A DNA stretch of 44,169 bases from a virus (IMGVR_UViG_3300049893_001276:1-44169); one strand, 5' to 3'. Positions 19,595-28,212 are shown, counted from the stretch's first letter. A program made the numbers and translations. Notes: generated from the sequence alone by a model not told the origin.

Positions 19595-20036
19595 ACGGCT
19601 CGTCGTGGCAAAGGCGGCCGGCCATGTGGTCCATTTCGTGCTGAAATATTCTGGCGTCCATGCGCTTCAGTGTCCGCTCGATCGTTGTATTCAGTCCGGC
19701 CATAGTCGAGTATTCGACGTCGACCACCGCCCATCGCTTCTTTGGTTTGAATATCGTCTGCCCCAATCCATCGAGCACACTTAGACACCCTTCGTGCGTT
19801 TCAAGGAGCTCCTTACCGTGCCGCACGATCCTCGGGTTGATGCAGACGGCAGGGCCAAAAGAAAACCGCGCAATAAAGAACGCGCCCGGTAGCCCAACTT
19901 GATTAGCGGCAAGCCCTGCACCATGTTTGGCTTTTAGTAGGCGCCACATATCAACGATGGTAGATGCTGCCGGGCGATCGGCCATCGGTTCGGCGGGCGT
20001 TAACAGGCGCTTGTCAGGGGCCAGGACCACGTCCAT
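19593..20036 (-). CDS. def: Peptide deformylase
   Basis: All three PDF motifs: GAGLAANQVG, EGCLS, QHEMDH; start at MDVVLAPD overlaps the upstream TAA. Confidence 0.95.
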   Translation of the reverse strand: MDVVLAPDKRLLTPAEPMADRPAASTIVDMWRLLKAKHGAGLAANQVGLPGAFFIARFSFGPAVCINPRIVRHGKELLETHEGCLSVLDGLGQTIFKPKKRWAVVDVEYSTMAGLNTTIERTLKRMDARIFQHEMDHMAGRLCHDEP

Positions 20037-20251
20037 TAGCTGGTTCTCCTCGGGGTTGTCGGTGTGATTTTGATTCTCTCGATTTTCAAATCGTATGCCT
20101 TTTTGAGCGTTGGCCATGCGACCGGCGGGTTGTATATGCAGCAGAACGATTGGATTGTTGCGCGGCGGCTTGCCCGGATTGTTTGCAGGAACCTGAACCC
20201 GCTGCGGTCTACAACGACCCAGGCGTTTTCGTCGGTGGATAGTTTGTGCAT
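20036..20251 (-). CDS. Hypothetical protein
   Basis: Stop overlaps the def start (TAATG). Confidence 0.5.
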   Translation of the reverse strand: MHKLSTDENAWVVVDRSGFRFLQTIRASRRATIQSFCCIYNPPVAWPTLKKAYDLKIERIKITPTTPRRTS

Positions 20252-20481
20252 TGGTGAGCATCTCCATCTTGTGGTGGTTTAAATACAGAATTGCAAAGAT
20301 GGCGGGGGTCCATTGCAAGCGTTAGGTCGATACTCTGAATGGCGGAATATTGCATTTGAGCATAACACCTAACGTTCGGGCCACATGGTACGCCGCGGTG
20401 TGAACAATACTCACTCGTGATGAGACTGATGGCTTCCAACAGAGCGGTCCGTGCCAGACAGAGAGCATGCCTGTCACGCAT
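20209..20481 (-). CDS. Hypothetical protein
   Basis: Tiles the early operon; overlaps both neighbours. Confidence 0.4.
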   Translation of the reverse strand: MRDRHALCLARTALLEAISLITSEYCSHRGVPCGPNVRCYAQMQYSAIQSIDLTLAMDPRHLCNSVFKPPQDGDAHQCTNYPPTKTPGSL

Positions 20482-20749
20482 CCCTCACCTCGATTCTGTT
20501 TCCGCAGCGGCAGATATACGGTCTAGGCAGGAAGAAAGATTCCAGCCCACAGCAGCCCATAAAGTACCAGCCATGAACGTCTGATTGTTTCCGCAGCCAC
20601 ACGCACGTCTGCTCTGGCTCAGGGGCGAGGGCTTCGGAAAGACCACAAGTGCAGTCTGGCCCATGAATACTCGATAAGGGGCTTAATGGACAATACCCAT
20701 GATGCTGCGCGTACTCCTCCAGCCTCTTACATCTCAAACAGCTAGTCAT
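20474..20749 (-). CDS. Cys-rich hypothetical protein
   Basis: CxxC, H...C...H..DCTCG and CxCG motifs. Confidence 0.55.
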   Translation of the reverse strand: MTSCLRCKRLEEYAQHHGYCPLSPLSSIHGPDCTCGLSEALAPEPEQTCVWLRKQSDVHGWYFMGCCGLESFFLPRPYICRCGNRIEVRDA

Positions 20750-20755
20750 TGGCCA

Positions 20756-21205
20756 TCACCGCTTGTCCCAGTCTGCGGCAGCTTGCTTCCACGCTTCATG
20801 TGCCTCTAGGGCCGTTGGGAATGTGCCTAAGTAATACCTACGCATCTGTCGTTTTATGATAGCCGTCCAACGATTTCCACCTTGAGTGACCCACACCCCC
20901 CGATAGCCAGACTTCCCAAGGGCGTGACGGTTGTTTGCCATATTCTCGGAACAGGTCACGATCCTCAGATTTGCTCGGCGGTTGTCTAGACCATTGCCAT
21001 TAATGTGATCTACCTCCATCCCCTCCGGTGGCATCATGATTGCCCTGTGAAGGTAAATACCGCGGCTCTTCCCGCTCTCGCATACTGACCGGATCACGTA
21101 GTTGGTATGTGGCCTACGCGTTATGGTCCACTTATGAGCGGCTACAATGGCAGCATCTTCTGGATCGAATAGAACCACGCCCCACTTCAAAATAGTCTCA
21201 GCCAT
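20756..21205 (-). CDS. HNH endonuclease with C-terminal AP2 domain
   Basis: LHR.IM...VDHINGNGLDNRRANLR; SGYRGV...W.A.I...YLG.F.T..EA. Confidence 0.92.
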   Translation of the reverse strand: MAETILKWGVVLFDPEDAAIVAAHKWTITRRPHTNYVIRSVCESGKSRGIYLHRAIMMPPEGMEVDHINGNGLDNRRANLRIVTCSENMANNRHALGKSGYRGVWVTQGGNRWTAIIKRQMRRYYLGTFPTALEAHEAWKQAAADWDKR

Positions 21206-21363
21206 CACCCCTCCTTCACGCGCTTGTTCCAGGCGTCTGCAAGCACCTCCTGAAAGAAGCGCCACCTGTTTTTCTCAACAACCAGCTTGCGCGGTTTACC
21301 GTCTATGAATACTTGCCAGTCTTTCCATTTCACCTCACCAGGCTTCAACTTAGTCTCAGGCAT
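21205..21363 (-). CDS. Small hypothetical protein (52 aa)
   Basis: Manually translated MPETKLKPGEVKWKDWQ...AWNKRVKEG; coupled to both neighbours. Confidence 0.5.
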   Translation of the reverse strand: MPETKLKPGEVKWKDWQVFIDGKPRKLVVEKNRWRFFQEVLADAWNKRVKEG

Positions 21364-21568
21364 CGTGGGCCTTCAGTGGGAGCGCTTCCGTTGAATATTC
21401 AATGAAAACGTGCCTCGTAATCAAAAACTTTTTATCGCATGAACTACAGTCAACGGTTACCATTTCGCCATTAGGGTCATGGACGAAAAGCTCCCACAAA
21501 TCGGAATACTCATCCCCACAGCGAGGACACACAACCTGATCGGTGTATTTATGATCGAACTCAGACAT
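21356..21568 (-). CDS. Zn-ribbon protein
   Basis: CPRC...CSSC; SD ggagg. Confidence 0.65.
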   Translation of the reverse strand: MSEFDHKYTDQVVCPRCGDEYSDLWELFVHDPNGEMVTVDCSSCDKKFLITRHVFIEYSTEALPLKAHDA

Positions 21569-22004
21569 CCTCCCCCTCCTCTTGGTCTGTGGGGGCCTCA
21601 GAAATAGTTCGCTTCAACACTCCGGCCATGAACCGTCCCATAGCTGCGGAGTTTCTGGTGATTAGGCTAGCATTCTCATCGATTTCTGCGGCAGTCACCT
21701 CGCCAAAAATGTCTACGCTGTAAGCCTTTTCCCAATCGTTTGTCAGTGACACCACAGCGTCCAACTGCTCCCGCAGCCTGGAGTTGGTGGCCTCAAGGGC
21801 TGTCACTTCTTGCTTCCATGACTTACCCATTAAGCCCAGGGCATGATCGTGTTCGCGCACCTCAGCCCTCAGACGCTCGATCTCTGCTTGCTTGTAAGCA
21901 CAGGCGGCAAACCACAAAGACTGTATGTCAATAAACCCACCACGCAGCTGTTTCTTTAGCGCTTCACGATCTGCGGCCCTCTGTTCTTCGCTAGGCTCAG
22001 TCAT
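21561..22004 (-). CDS. Hypothetical coiled-coil protein
   Basis: AEIERLRAEV heptads; tiles the operon. Confidence 0.6.
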   Translation of the reverse strand: MTEPSEEQRAADREALKKQLRGGFIDIQSLWFAACAYKQAEIERLRAEVREHDHALGLMGKSWKQEVTALEATNSRLREQLDAVVSLTNDWEKAYSVDIFGEVTAAEIDENASLITRNSAAMGRFMAGVLKRTISEAPTDQEEGEDV

Positions 22005-22134
22005 TGGCAGTCCCGTCTGCCATCCTAATCAGCGTCGCCCCCCGCCCACACTGAGGACAGCCGTTGTAGTGAATCGGACAATACTTGCAGCCACACGCGC
22101 AGGTTATGTCTCGGCACAAATGCATCTCACTCAT
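21997..22134 (-). CDS. 45-aa Cys-rich peptide
   Basis: Manually translated MSEMHLCRDITCACGCKYCPIHYNGCPQCG...; start overlaps the upstream stop (ATGA). Confidence 0.45.
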   Translation of the reverse strand: MSEMHLCRDITCACGCKYCPIHYNGCPQCGRGATLIRMADGTAND

Positions 22135-22379
22135 CTCTGGCCCCTCGGCTTCTCAAGCTCTTTAAGCAGGGCGTCGGCGTACAGCACAGCAACATTTGCG
22201 GCCCAATCCTCAGCCATGCCTGTGCTTTCTGCATCAGGCGGAACGTAATCCTGGTCTCCTGCGATTAGCCCCTGCATCGCCATCCCCGCGAAGGTGTAGC
22301 GCCATTTCTCTCGCCGCTCTGCCGCTGCCTCAGCTTTTCGCATAGCAAACTTTTCTTCGTCAAATGTGTCTGACTCCAT
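22131..22379 (-). CDS. Conserved phage hypothetical protein
   Basis: R..FAG.AMQGL...A..A..YADALL.EL pattern common in phage early regions. Confidence 0.7.
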   Translation of the reverse strand: MESDTFDEEKFAMRKAEAAAERREKWRYTFAGMAMQGLIAGDQDYVPPDAESTGMAEDWAANVAVLYADALLKELEKPRGQR

Positions 22380-22391
22380 CGTCCTTCCCCC

Positions 22392-22757
22392 TTATTTCTC
22401 AAGCTCTGCAGCCTTGCAAACAGAGCAGTTGTCCGGATAATAAAGGTGGTCGCAGATGCCGGTCGGATTTCTGACGGCTATGGGCCCGTGGCAATGATGG
22501 CAAACCCGGCCGGGGCCGATGTCCCCAAGGGCCGGCTCCTTGGGGGCAGCATCTCGGAGCTTGAGCTCATCTATGCGATCAAGCAGCGCGGCGATCGTCT
22601 CCTCCAGGGCCTGCACAACAATCCGCGAGCTCCGCCTAACGACATCTATCTCGACAGCATCCTCTCGTATTTTTCTGACGCGCATATACTGTGCCCCAAG
22701 GAGTGCCCCGATCGCAGCCCAAGCAACGGCGGCTATAATTTGATCGTTCATTCGTTC
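22392..22757 (-). CDS. Hypothetical protein with N-terminal TM and C-terminal Cys/His cluster
   Basis: IIAAVAWAAIGALLGA; C.HC...IA.RNP.G.CDHLYYP..C..C; exact start uncertain. Confidence 0.6.
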   Translation of the reverse strand, partial: ERMNDQIIAAVAWAAIGALLGAQYMRVRKIREDAVEIDVVRRSSRIVVQALEETIAALLDRIDELKLRDAAPKEPALGDIGPGRVCHHCHGPIAVRNPTGICDHLYYPDNCSVCKAAELEK

Positions 22758-23128
22758 CTCGCTATGGCCGCATTCGCCCAAAAAACGACCTCCTCTAGGT
22801 GATGCACGGCCAGGTTAAGCTCGCTGGAATCCGGAGCCTTATCCAACAACAGCAGCGCGAGCTGCTTTGCCGCGTCACGGATCGCTATATAACGAACCGC
22901 CTGGCCCTCTTTCGGCGGGTGGTATGAAAAACACCGTTCGATATCGCTTCTGTTCATGTCCGTCCCCCATGTTTTTAAACCCATCACGGCGTCATGCAGG
23001 CGCGCGTATCCATCAAGAAACGCGCCCTGCTCCTGAATTACTGTCCTTGCCAGCTCTATCCTGCAGTCCTTGCACAACTGCGCGTTGGCGCAATGCACGC
23101 ATATCTCTATGCCGCCGATCTCTACCAT
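22748..23128 (-). CDS. Acb2/Tad1-like hairpin domain (22748..22957) in frame with an upstream CxxC-CxxC domain
   Basis: F.YH.P...Q...Y..IR...K.LA......P...E..LA...LEE...WANAAIAR; SD-like GGGGA before the internal ATG at 22957. Confidence 0.7.
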   Translation of the reverse strand: MVEIGGIEICVHCANAQLCKDCRIELARTVIQEQGAFLDGYARLHDAVMGLKTWGTDMNRSDIERCFSYHPPKEGQAVRYIAIRDAAKQLALLLLDKAPDSSELNLAVHHLEEVVFWANAAIARNE

Positions 23129-23613
23129 GACCACCCTCGGCGGATGCAGACAGTGGCGACCCCGATCACAGCGCCTTGCAGATACTCGACCCACCACCAA
23201 TCAAGGCGAACCCCCTGATACCCGCGCTCCGTGCTGGGGACTCTTTGTTTTAAAAACGGCAGGTCGTGGTTTGACATATAAACACCGAGCATCCACCACG
23301 CGCCAACGATCGACGCCAGGATGCCGGCCTTGTAGAAGCAGAACGCCTGCGCGAATCCGTAGCTGGCGACGTCGTCCCAATCGCGCTCTTCTATCTCATC
23401 GAGGTTAAAGTGCAGAATCCCACAGAGCAGCAGCGCCGGCGGGATCATCCACCAGTCCCATGCGTATAGCGCAACGGCCAGCGGTATGCCGTAACGGCGT
23501 GCCGGTTTCCACCCGCGGCCTAGAGCGCCCGGGAGCATCTTGTATCCGCCGCCGCCCCATCGATACAGAAACGCGCATAGATCAATAAACAGGACGTCCC
23601 AAACCCAGGTCAT
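23122..23613 (-). CDS. Multi-pass membrane protein
   Basis: Several Trp-rich hydrophobic segments; start MTWVW after ggagg, overlapping the upstream stop. Confidence 0.65.
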   Translation of the reverse strand: MTWVWDVLFIDLCAFLYRWGGGGYKMLPGALGRGWKPARRYGIPLAVALYAWDWWMIPPALLLCGILHFNLDEIEERDWDDVASYGFAQAFCFYKAGILASIVGAWWMLGVYMSNHDLPFLKQRVPSTERGYQGVRLDWWWVEYLQGAVIGVATVCIRRGWSW

Positions 23614-24218
23614 AGCGCCTCCACGGTAACGTCTAGCATCCCCCATGCCACTCCGTTTTTTGTAACACCACGCTGCCCGCCTAGTGCGTCGAATGCCGCA
23701 GGCGAAAGGTCGATTACAACGCCGCGCCGAGCGGCTGCTTTCCCAGGGCCGTAGTCTGTGTGCCGAACGATCACACACCGGCCGCTCCCGTCGGTTCTGC
23801 ACACCAGGTAGTCTCCACCGAAATCGCGCCGGCGCATGGCCGCTGTAAACGCGCGCTCGTCGTACTCATCGCCGCTGGCTGTCACAACGCCGGGATTGCC
23901 CTCGGCTAAGGTTGATTCCCTGGTGTAGTAAGTAGCCTTGCCATCTATGCCAGCGTGAGCGACCTGTGCCGCGCTCGTTACCAGCAACAGCAGCAGAACG
24001 AACCGCCGAACCTTCGGGATTTTCACGATCATGTTTTTCTTTTCGTTGTCCATCGACGCCTTGCGGACCGCGTTGATTGCGTGTAGCGCGTAGCCGTGCG
24101 CTCCGGTCAGGCCGCTGCCCGAGTTGACCATCATCGCCATCGTTTCAAACGTTGGCTCAGACGTCACGCTAACACCGCCCTCCGGTTTATCCTCGAACGT
24201 CAGAACGATCTTTGCCAT
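23610..24218 (-). CDS. RlpA-like (double-psi beta-barrel) lytic transglycosylase with internal signal/TM segment
   Basis: GKATYY...TASG..YD....TAA...V.V...D.GP...IDLS.AAF..L; alternative start MIVKIP at 24032 gives a classic signal peptide ending AHA. Confidence 0.8.
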   Translation of the reverse strand: MAKIVLTFEDKPEGGVSVTSEPTFETMAMMVNSGSGLTGAHGYALHAINAVRKASMDNEKKNMIVKIPKVRRFVLLLLLVTSAAQVAHAGIDGKATYYTRESTLAEGNPGVVTASGDEYDERAFTAAMRRRDFGGDYLVCRTDGSGRCVIVRHTDYGPGKAAARRGVVIDLSPAAFDALGGQRGVTKNGVAWGMLDVTVEAL

Positions 24219-24375
24219 CAGGGTCCTTTCTCTGTTCGTAAAACTTGCAGCCCTTGTCGACGACGTCCGTCGGGATAGGCCGAGGACTTTTCCCGAGCCT
24301 CTCGAAATATCTGCAGAGGCCCGGGAACTCGGTCCCGCGGATGTCGATGTACTTACAGCTCCAGCAGCTTGCCAT
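24187..24375 (-). CDS. Small Cys-containing hypothetical protein
   Basis: CWSC...C.YF...GC.FY. Confidence 0.5.
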   Translation of the reverse strand: MASCWSCKYIDIRGTEFPGLCRYFERLGKSPRPIPTDVVDKGCKFYEQRKDPDGKDRSDVRG

Positions 24376-24571
24376 CTTCGACCAGCTTCGTATTCTTCCG
24401 CTCGTACTCGATAACCGCTGCCAGCGGATAGAATACGGAGCCTCCGATTTTCATATACCGCGGGCCGCGCGGGGGGTGCTTGTATCGCCAGTTGGCTATT
24501 GTCCCTGGAGATTTGCCCCACCGCCGCGCGAGCTGTTCGGTCGTTAATCGAGCTCCGCCGTCCTCTATCAT
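24353..24571 (-). CDS. Excisionase/AlpA-like HTH protein
   Basis: LT..QLA.RW..S..T..NWR.....GP.Y.KIG..V.Y. Confidence 0.8.
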   Translation of the reverse strand: MIEDGGARLTTEQLARRWGKSPGTIANWRYKHPPRGPRYMKIGGSVFYPLAAVIEYERKNTKLVEDGKLLEL

Positions 24572-25488
24572 TAGATTGGTGCCCCCATTTCGTCGTCGTC
24601 TGAGCCAGGCTCCCTGTACTCATTGCCCGGCTCATCCTCATCTGCTGCAGGCTCCGGGGCGGGCGCGTCCTCAAGCATCTTGCCAAGGCGCGATGGGCGC
24701 CCCGTCGCTTTCGGAGCAGCGTCCGCTCCCTTGCCTCCGTCTACATCGTAGAGCGCGTCGTCGGCCGTGATAACGCGCTCGAGGTCCGTGCTCATTGGCA
24801 GGCGCTTCGACAGCCTGCGGAGCGGCGTCTTGCGCCACATCTCAAGGCGGAACGGCCCCTTCCACACACTCTCCGACCGCGAGATCCCCTCAACCTGGCC
24901 GATCTCTTCGGCGCTCATGACCTCGGCATAAATCGATCCGTCCTTTAGCTTTGCCTGGGCATAGGCGCCAACCGGCTCGCCGCGGTCGCCGAATACCGTC
25001 GGCTCGTGCGTTACGTGCTCGCCCTCGTCGTCAATCCAGAAACGGAACGGGTCGTTTTTGTAAACCACCTGCGTCGTGATCACGGAGACCTCGCCGCTGT
25101 TGCGGACCTTCTTCATGATGCCAGCGATCATCGGCATATACTGAACCATGACCTGGCCTGTCTTTTTACTTCTAAACGTTACCAGGGCGGCCTCCTTGCC
25201 GTCCGGGAGCAGTCCGTCCTCGGCCGCCTTCATGCACGCGCCGTATAGGCTCATGCGGTGCGCCTCTAAAAGCGCAGGGCTCTGTACAACGGCCGTTACC
25301 AGGACGCGCGTAAACCGATCCGCGTTGATATGCTTCGGCAGCGCGCGCGCAAACTCGACCTTCATTGCCTCTAGCGCGTCGCGCACTTCATCGACGGCCG
25401 CCTTCGTTGTTGTGGGCTTCTTTGCCGGCTGCGCCAATGCGGGCGCCGCGGGCTTTCGTGCTGCTGCAGATGGTGCTGGTTGGTTCAT
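24571..25488 (-). CDS. recT: RecT-family single-strand annealing recombinase
   Basis: ALP.HI..DRF.R...SL.GA...AA..GL.PDG.EA.LV.F...EM.RKT..RRL.K.LP.S. Confidence 0.92.
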   Translation of the reverse strand: MNQPAPSAAARKPAAPALAQPAKKPTTTKAAVDEVRDALEAMKVEFARALPKHINADRFTRVLVTAVVQSPALLEAHRMSLYGACMKAAEDGLLPDGKEAALVTFRSKKTGQVMVQYMPMIAGIMKKVRNSGEVSVITTQVVYKNDPFRFWIDDEGEHVTHEPTVFGDRGEPVGAYAQAKLKDGSIYAEVMSAEEIGQVEGISRSESVWKGPFRLEMWRKTPLRRLSKRLPMSTDLERVITADDALYDVDGGKGADAAPKATGRPSRLGKMLEDAPAPEPAADEDEPGNEYREPGSDDDEMGAPI

Positions 25489-26420
25489 TATTTGCTCTCC
25501 GCTTTTTTCTCGTACACTCTGAAGTTGCGATAACCCTTCTTCCAAAACGCCTCGACCCTGGTCGGGCCGACAACCCCGGCGCTAATACTAAAGCCGTCCC
25601 CGACGACCTTCTCTGCCTCGCCGATCGTCGCCAACAACTGCGCCTTGATCTGCGTTCTGCGAACCTCGTAGGTCTTAGCGATGTCGCCGGCATGGATGTA
25701 CTCGCGCACCAGCGCGCCGATTTCGTTATCCCCGCTGGCGTCGTACACAGACCCAGGCGCCGCGTACCCATAGAGGCTGACCAGGAAGTCGGCGTCCTGT
25801 TCGAAGTTTGGCTTCGGCTCAATCCCCGCGTCGACCGCGGCCCAAAACGCCACAACGCGCGCCTTCATCTTTTCGATGATAGCGGGGTCGGGAAGCCTGT
25901 GGATGGTGACCAGGCGGTTCCCGCCAACCAGCACCCCCAGGATCGCGTAGCGCAGGCCGCTTACGGCAAGCTGCTGCTGGACCTGGAGCTCTATGTGCGG
26001 GGGCGCTTCGATTTCATCGTCGTCGTTTTCCGTCCACGACTGCTTGAAAACGAGGCCGTCGACGTTTTTGATTTCGAGATGGCCGTCCGGTTTGTCGTTC
26101 TCGTCGAGGATGAAGAAATCAAACGACGCGCCCATCCGCAGGTCAGGCAGGCGCATATACTCAGGCGCCGGTCGGATGCGGAGGTCGCGGTCCTGTGCGA
26201 TGCCGTTTGCTATGGCATCCTGCAGGCGCGTCCCCCACGCCATGCGCTCGTTGGGCTCAAGCTCGACGATTGTTCCGTTTCGCTTGCGGTGCCAGAGCTC
26301 GAACTCTGTCTGGTAGGGGCTCAGTCCGAACAACGCCGCCACCTCCGTGGACGTCACGTCTTTTGTGCGGGAGATGAGCCACTCCTCCCGCGACGTGGGC
26401 GTTATTATTTCCGTGTTCAT
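25488..26420 (-). CDS. YqaJ-like (lambda exonuclease family) nuclease
   Basis: WL..R...V.STEVAAL.GLSPY.T..ELW..K, WG..L, AS.D, LEIK, Q.Q.QL.V; adjacent to recT. Confidence 0.92.
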   Translation of the reverse strand: MNTEIITPTSREEWLISRTKDVTSTEVAALFGLSPYQTEFELWHRKRNGTIVELEPNERMAWGTRLQDAIANGIAQDRDLRIRPAPEYMRLPDLRMGASFDFFILDENDKPDGHLEIKNVDGLVFKQSWTENDDDEIEAPPHIELQVQQQLAVSGLRYAILGVLVGGNRLVTIHRLPDPAIIEKMKARVVAFWAAVDAGIEPKPNFEQDADFLVSLYGYAAPGSVYDASGDNEIGALVREYIHAGDIAKTYEVRRTQIKAQLLATIGEAEKVVGDGFSISAGVVGPTRVEAFWKKGYRNFRVYEKKAESK

Positions 26421-26458
26421 GTGTTTCTCCCCGTGTTGTTTTGTGTAAACACGCAGCC

Positions 26459-26487
26459 ACAATACCACACGGTTGCAAACGGAGCAA
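26459..26487 (-). promoter_or_regulatory. Leftward early promoter TTGCTC-N17-TATTGT (extended -10)
   Basis: Consensus spacing, upstream of the yqaJ SD ggggag. Confidence 0.6.
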
Positions 26488-26557
26488 GCCTCTGTTTTTA
26501 GCATTTTCGCTTAATGGCGCGTAAACCAGATTGTTCGTTTATATGCAACATTATCCC

Positions 26558-26587
26558 TTGACACGGGTGTTCGCTTTAGTGCATCAT
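26558..26587 (+). promoter_or_regulatory. Rightward promoter TTGACA-N18-CATCAT
   Basis: Perfect -35; ATG of the Cro-like gene lies 6 nt after the -10. Confidence 0.55.
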
Positions 26588-26593
26588 GCCCCT

Positions 26594-26794
26594 ATGCAAA
26601 CGCCGGCTCAGTACGTTATCGAGGCATTCCAGGGCGTCCGCGCAACCGCGCGGGCCATAGGGCGAAGCCCGTCCTCGGTCAGCAAGTGGCAGATCAAAGG
26701 CCAAATACCGCGGCCGGCGCAAAAGCGCATCCTCGAGGTAGCGCAGGAGCGCGGCCTTGACATCACGCCAGGCGATTTGATTCTAGGACGATAA
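26594..26794 (+). CDS. Cro-like HTH regulator
   Basis: I.AF.GVRA.AR.IG...S.VS.W...G.IP; first gene of the divergent operon. Confidence 0.8.
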   Translation: MQTPAQYVIEAFQGVRATARAIGRSPSSVSKWQIKGQIPRPAQKRILEVAQERGLDITPGDLILGR

Positions 26795-26811
26795 CCGGGG
26801 GACACAAAGAG

Positions 26812-28212
26812 ATGGCGGCACCGACGCTGCGCCCATACCAGGACGAGATCATCGCAGAAACTAGGTCTCGGTTCCTAGCGGGCATAAGGTCGGTGCTGAT
26901 ACAGTCCCCAACGGGTTCAGGCAAGACGCTGCTGACGGCGCACATGCTAGGCAGCGCCGCCGCGAAGGGGATGCCCGCCTGGTTCGTGGTCCACCGGCGC
27001 GAGCTGATCAAGCAGAGTATGCGCGCGTTCGACCAGGTCGGCGTTACCCACGGGATCGTTGCCAACGGCTGGTGCGAGGACAGAAAGCCGTTGGTGCAGA
27101 TCGCGTCCGTTCAGACGCTCGTCAACCGCCACACCAAGATGCCGGCACCACGTCTTATCGTTTGGGACGAGTGCCACCACGTGGCGGCCAACTCCTGGGC
27201 TCGAATCTTCGCTGCATTTCCTAACGCCTTCCACATCGGCCTGACGGCCACACCAGAGCGCCTCGACGGGACCGGCCTTGGCAAATGGTTCGCGCAGATG
27301 ATAAAGGGCCCTGACGTTCTCTGGCTCATCGAGAATAAATTCCTTTCACCCTACAAGCTCTTCGCTCCCCCAGGGGTCAGCGTCGCCGGCCTGCACTCGC
27401 GCATGGGCGACTACATCAAGAGCGAGCTGGCCGAGGCCGTTGATAAGCCGAAAATCACCGGCAACGCCATCGCCCACTACCAGCGCCACGCCGCCGGCAA
27501 GCGCGCCGTCGTGTTCTGCGTGTCGATCGAGCATAGCAAGCACGTCGTTTCGGAGTTTTTGGCGGCCGGCATCCCTGCCGCACACGTCGATGGCGAAACA
27601 CCAACAGAGGAGCGGGACCATGCAATCAAACAATTCGCAAGCGGGGCGGTGCGTGTTCTGTCGAATGTGGAGCTTTTTGGCGAGGGCTTTGACCTCCCGG
27701 AGATCGAGGCCGCCATCCTCCTGCGCCCTACTCAATCCCTCGGGCTCTACCTGCAACAAGTTGGCCGATCCCTACGACCAGCACCCGGAAAGGATTGCGC
27801 TATCATTCTCGACCACGCCGGCAACGTCGAGCGACACGGATTGCCTGACGAGCAGCGGGATTGGAGCCTCGACGGCCGAGCCAAAAAAGGCAAGTCGGGT
27901 GACGCGGGCGCGGCGGTCCGCGTCTGCCCCAAGTGTTTCGCGGCGCAGTACGTCGGCCGGCCGGTCTGCCAAGAGTGCGGATTCGTCTTCGCCCCGCAGC
28001 CGCGCCAGGTCGAGCAGGTCGAAGGGGACCTGCAAGAGGTCGACCCCGAGGTCATCCGCCAACGACGGCGGCAAGAGCAGCGCGGCGCGCAGTCCTTCGA
28101 CGATCTTGTCGAGCTCGGACGGCAGCGCGGTTACAAGCGGCCGTTGCTGTGGGCCAAGCACGTCTGGAGTGCGAGGCAGGCACGCCGGCTTGCCGCGGGG
28201 AGGCCAGCATGA
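26812..28212 (+). CDS. SF2 DEAD/DEAH-box helicase with C-terminal Zn finger
   Basis: LRPYQ, PTGSGKT, DECHH, GLTATP, EGFD, QQVGR.LR, CPKC...CQEC. Confidence 0.95.
   Translation: MAAPTLRPYQDEIIAETRSRFLAGIRSVLIQSPTGSGKTLLTAHMLGSAAAKGMPAWFVVHRRELIKQSMRAFDQVGVTHGIVANGWCEDRKPLVQIASVQTLVNRHTKMPAPRLIVWDECHHVAANSWARIFAAFPNAFHIGLTATPERLDGTGLGKWFAQMIKGPDVLWLIENKFLSPYKLFAPPGVSVAGLHSRMGDYIKSELAEAVDKPKITGNAIAHYQRHAAGKRAVVFCVSIEHSKHVVSEFLAAGIPAAHVDGETPTEERDHAIKQFASGAVRVLSNVELFGEGFDLPEIEAAILLRPTQSLGLYLQQVGRSLRPAPGKDCAIILDHAGNVERHGLPDEQRDWSLDGRAKKGKSGDAGAAVRVCPKCFAAQYVGRPVCQECGFVFAPQPRQVEQVEGDLQEVDPEVIRQRRRQEQRGAQSFDDLVELGRQRGYKRPLLWAKHVWSARQARRLAAGRPA

Noticed and set aside
20037-20318. N-terminal extension of peptide deformylase
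   Set aside because: Overlaps two plausible ORFs in other frames; TAATG coupling at 20036 gives a normal PDF start
24219-24686. Long N-terminal extension of the RlpA ORF
   Set aside because: Overlaps recT, the HTH gene and the Cys-rich ORF; low-complexity off-frame translation
25365-26501. 378-aa plus-strand ORF
   Set aside because: Antisense shadow of yqaJ/recT in GC-rich DNA with no recognisable motifs; same for 33652..34704 and 39435..40310
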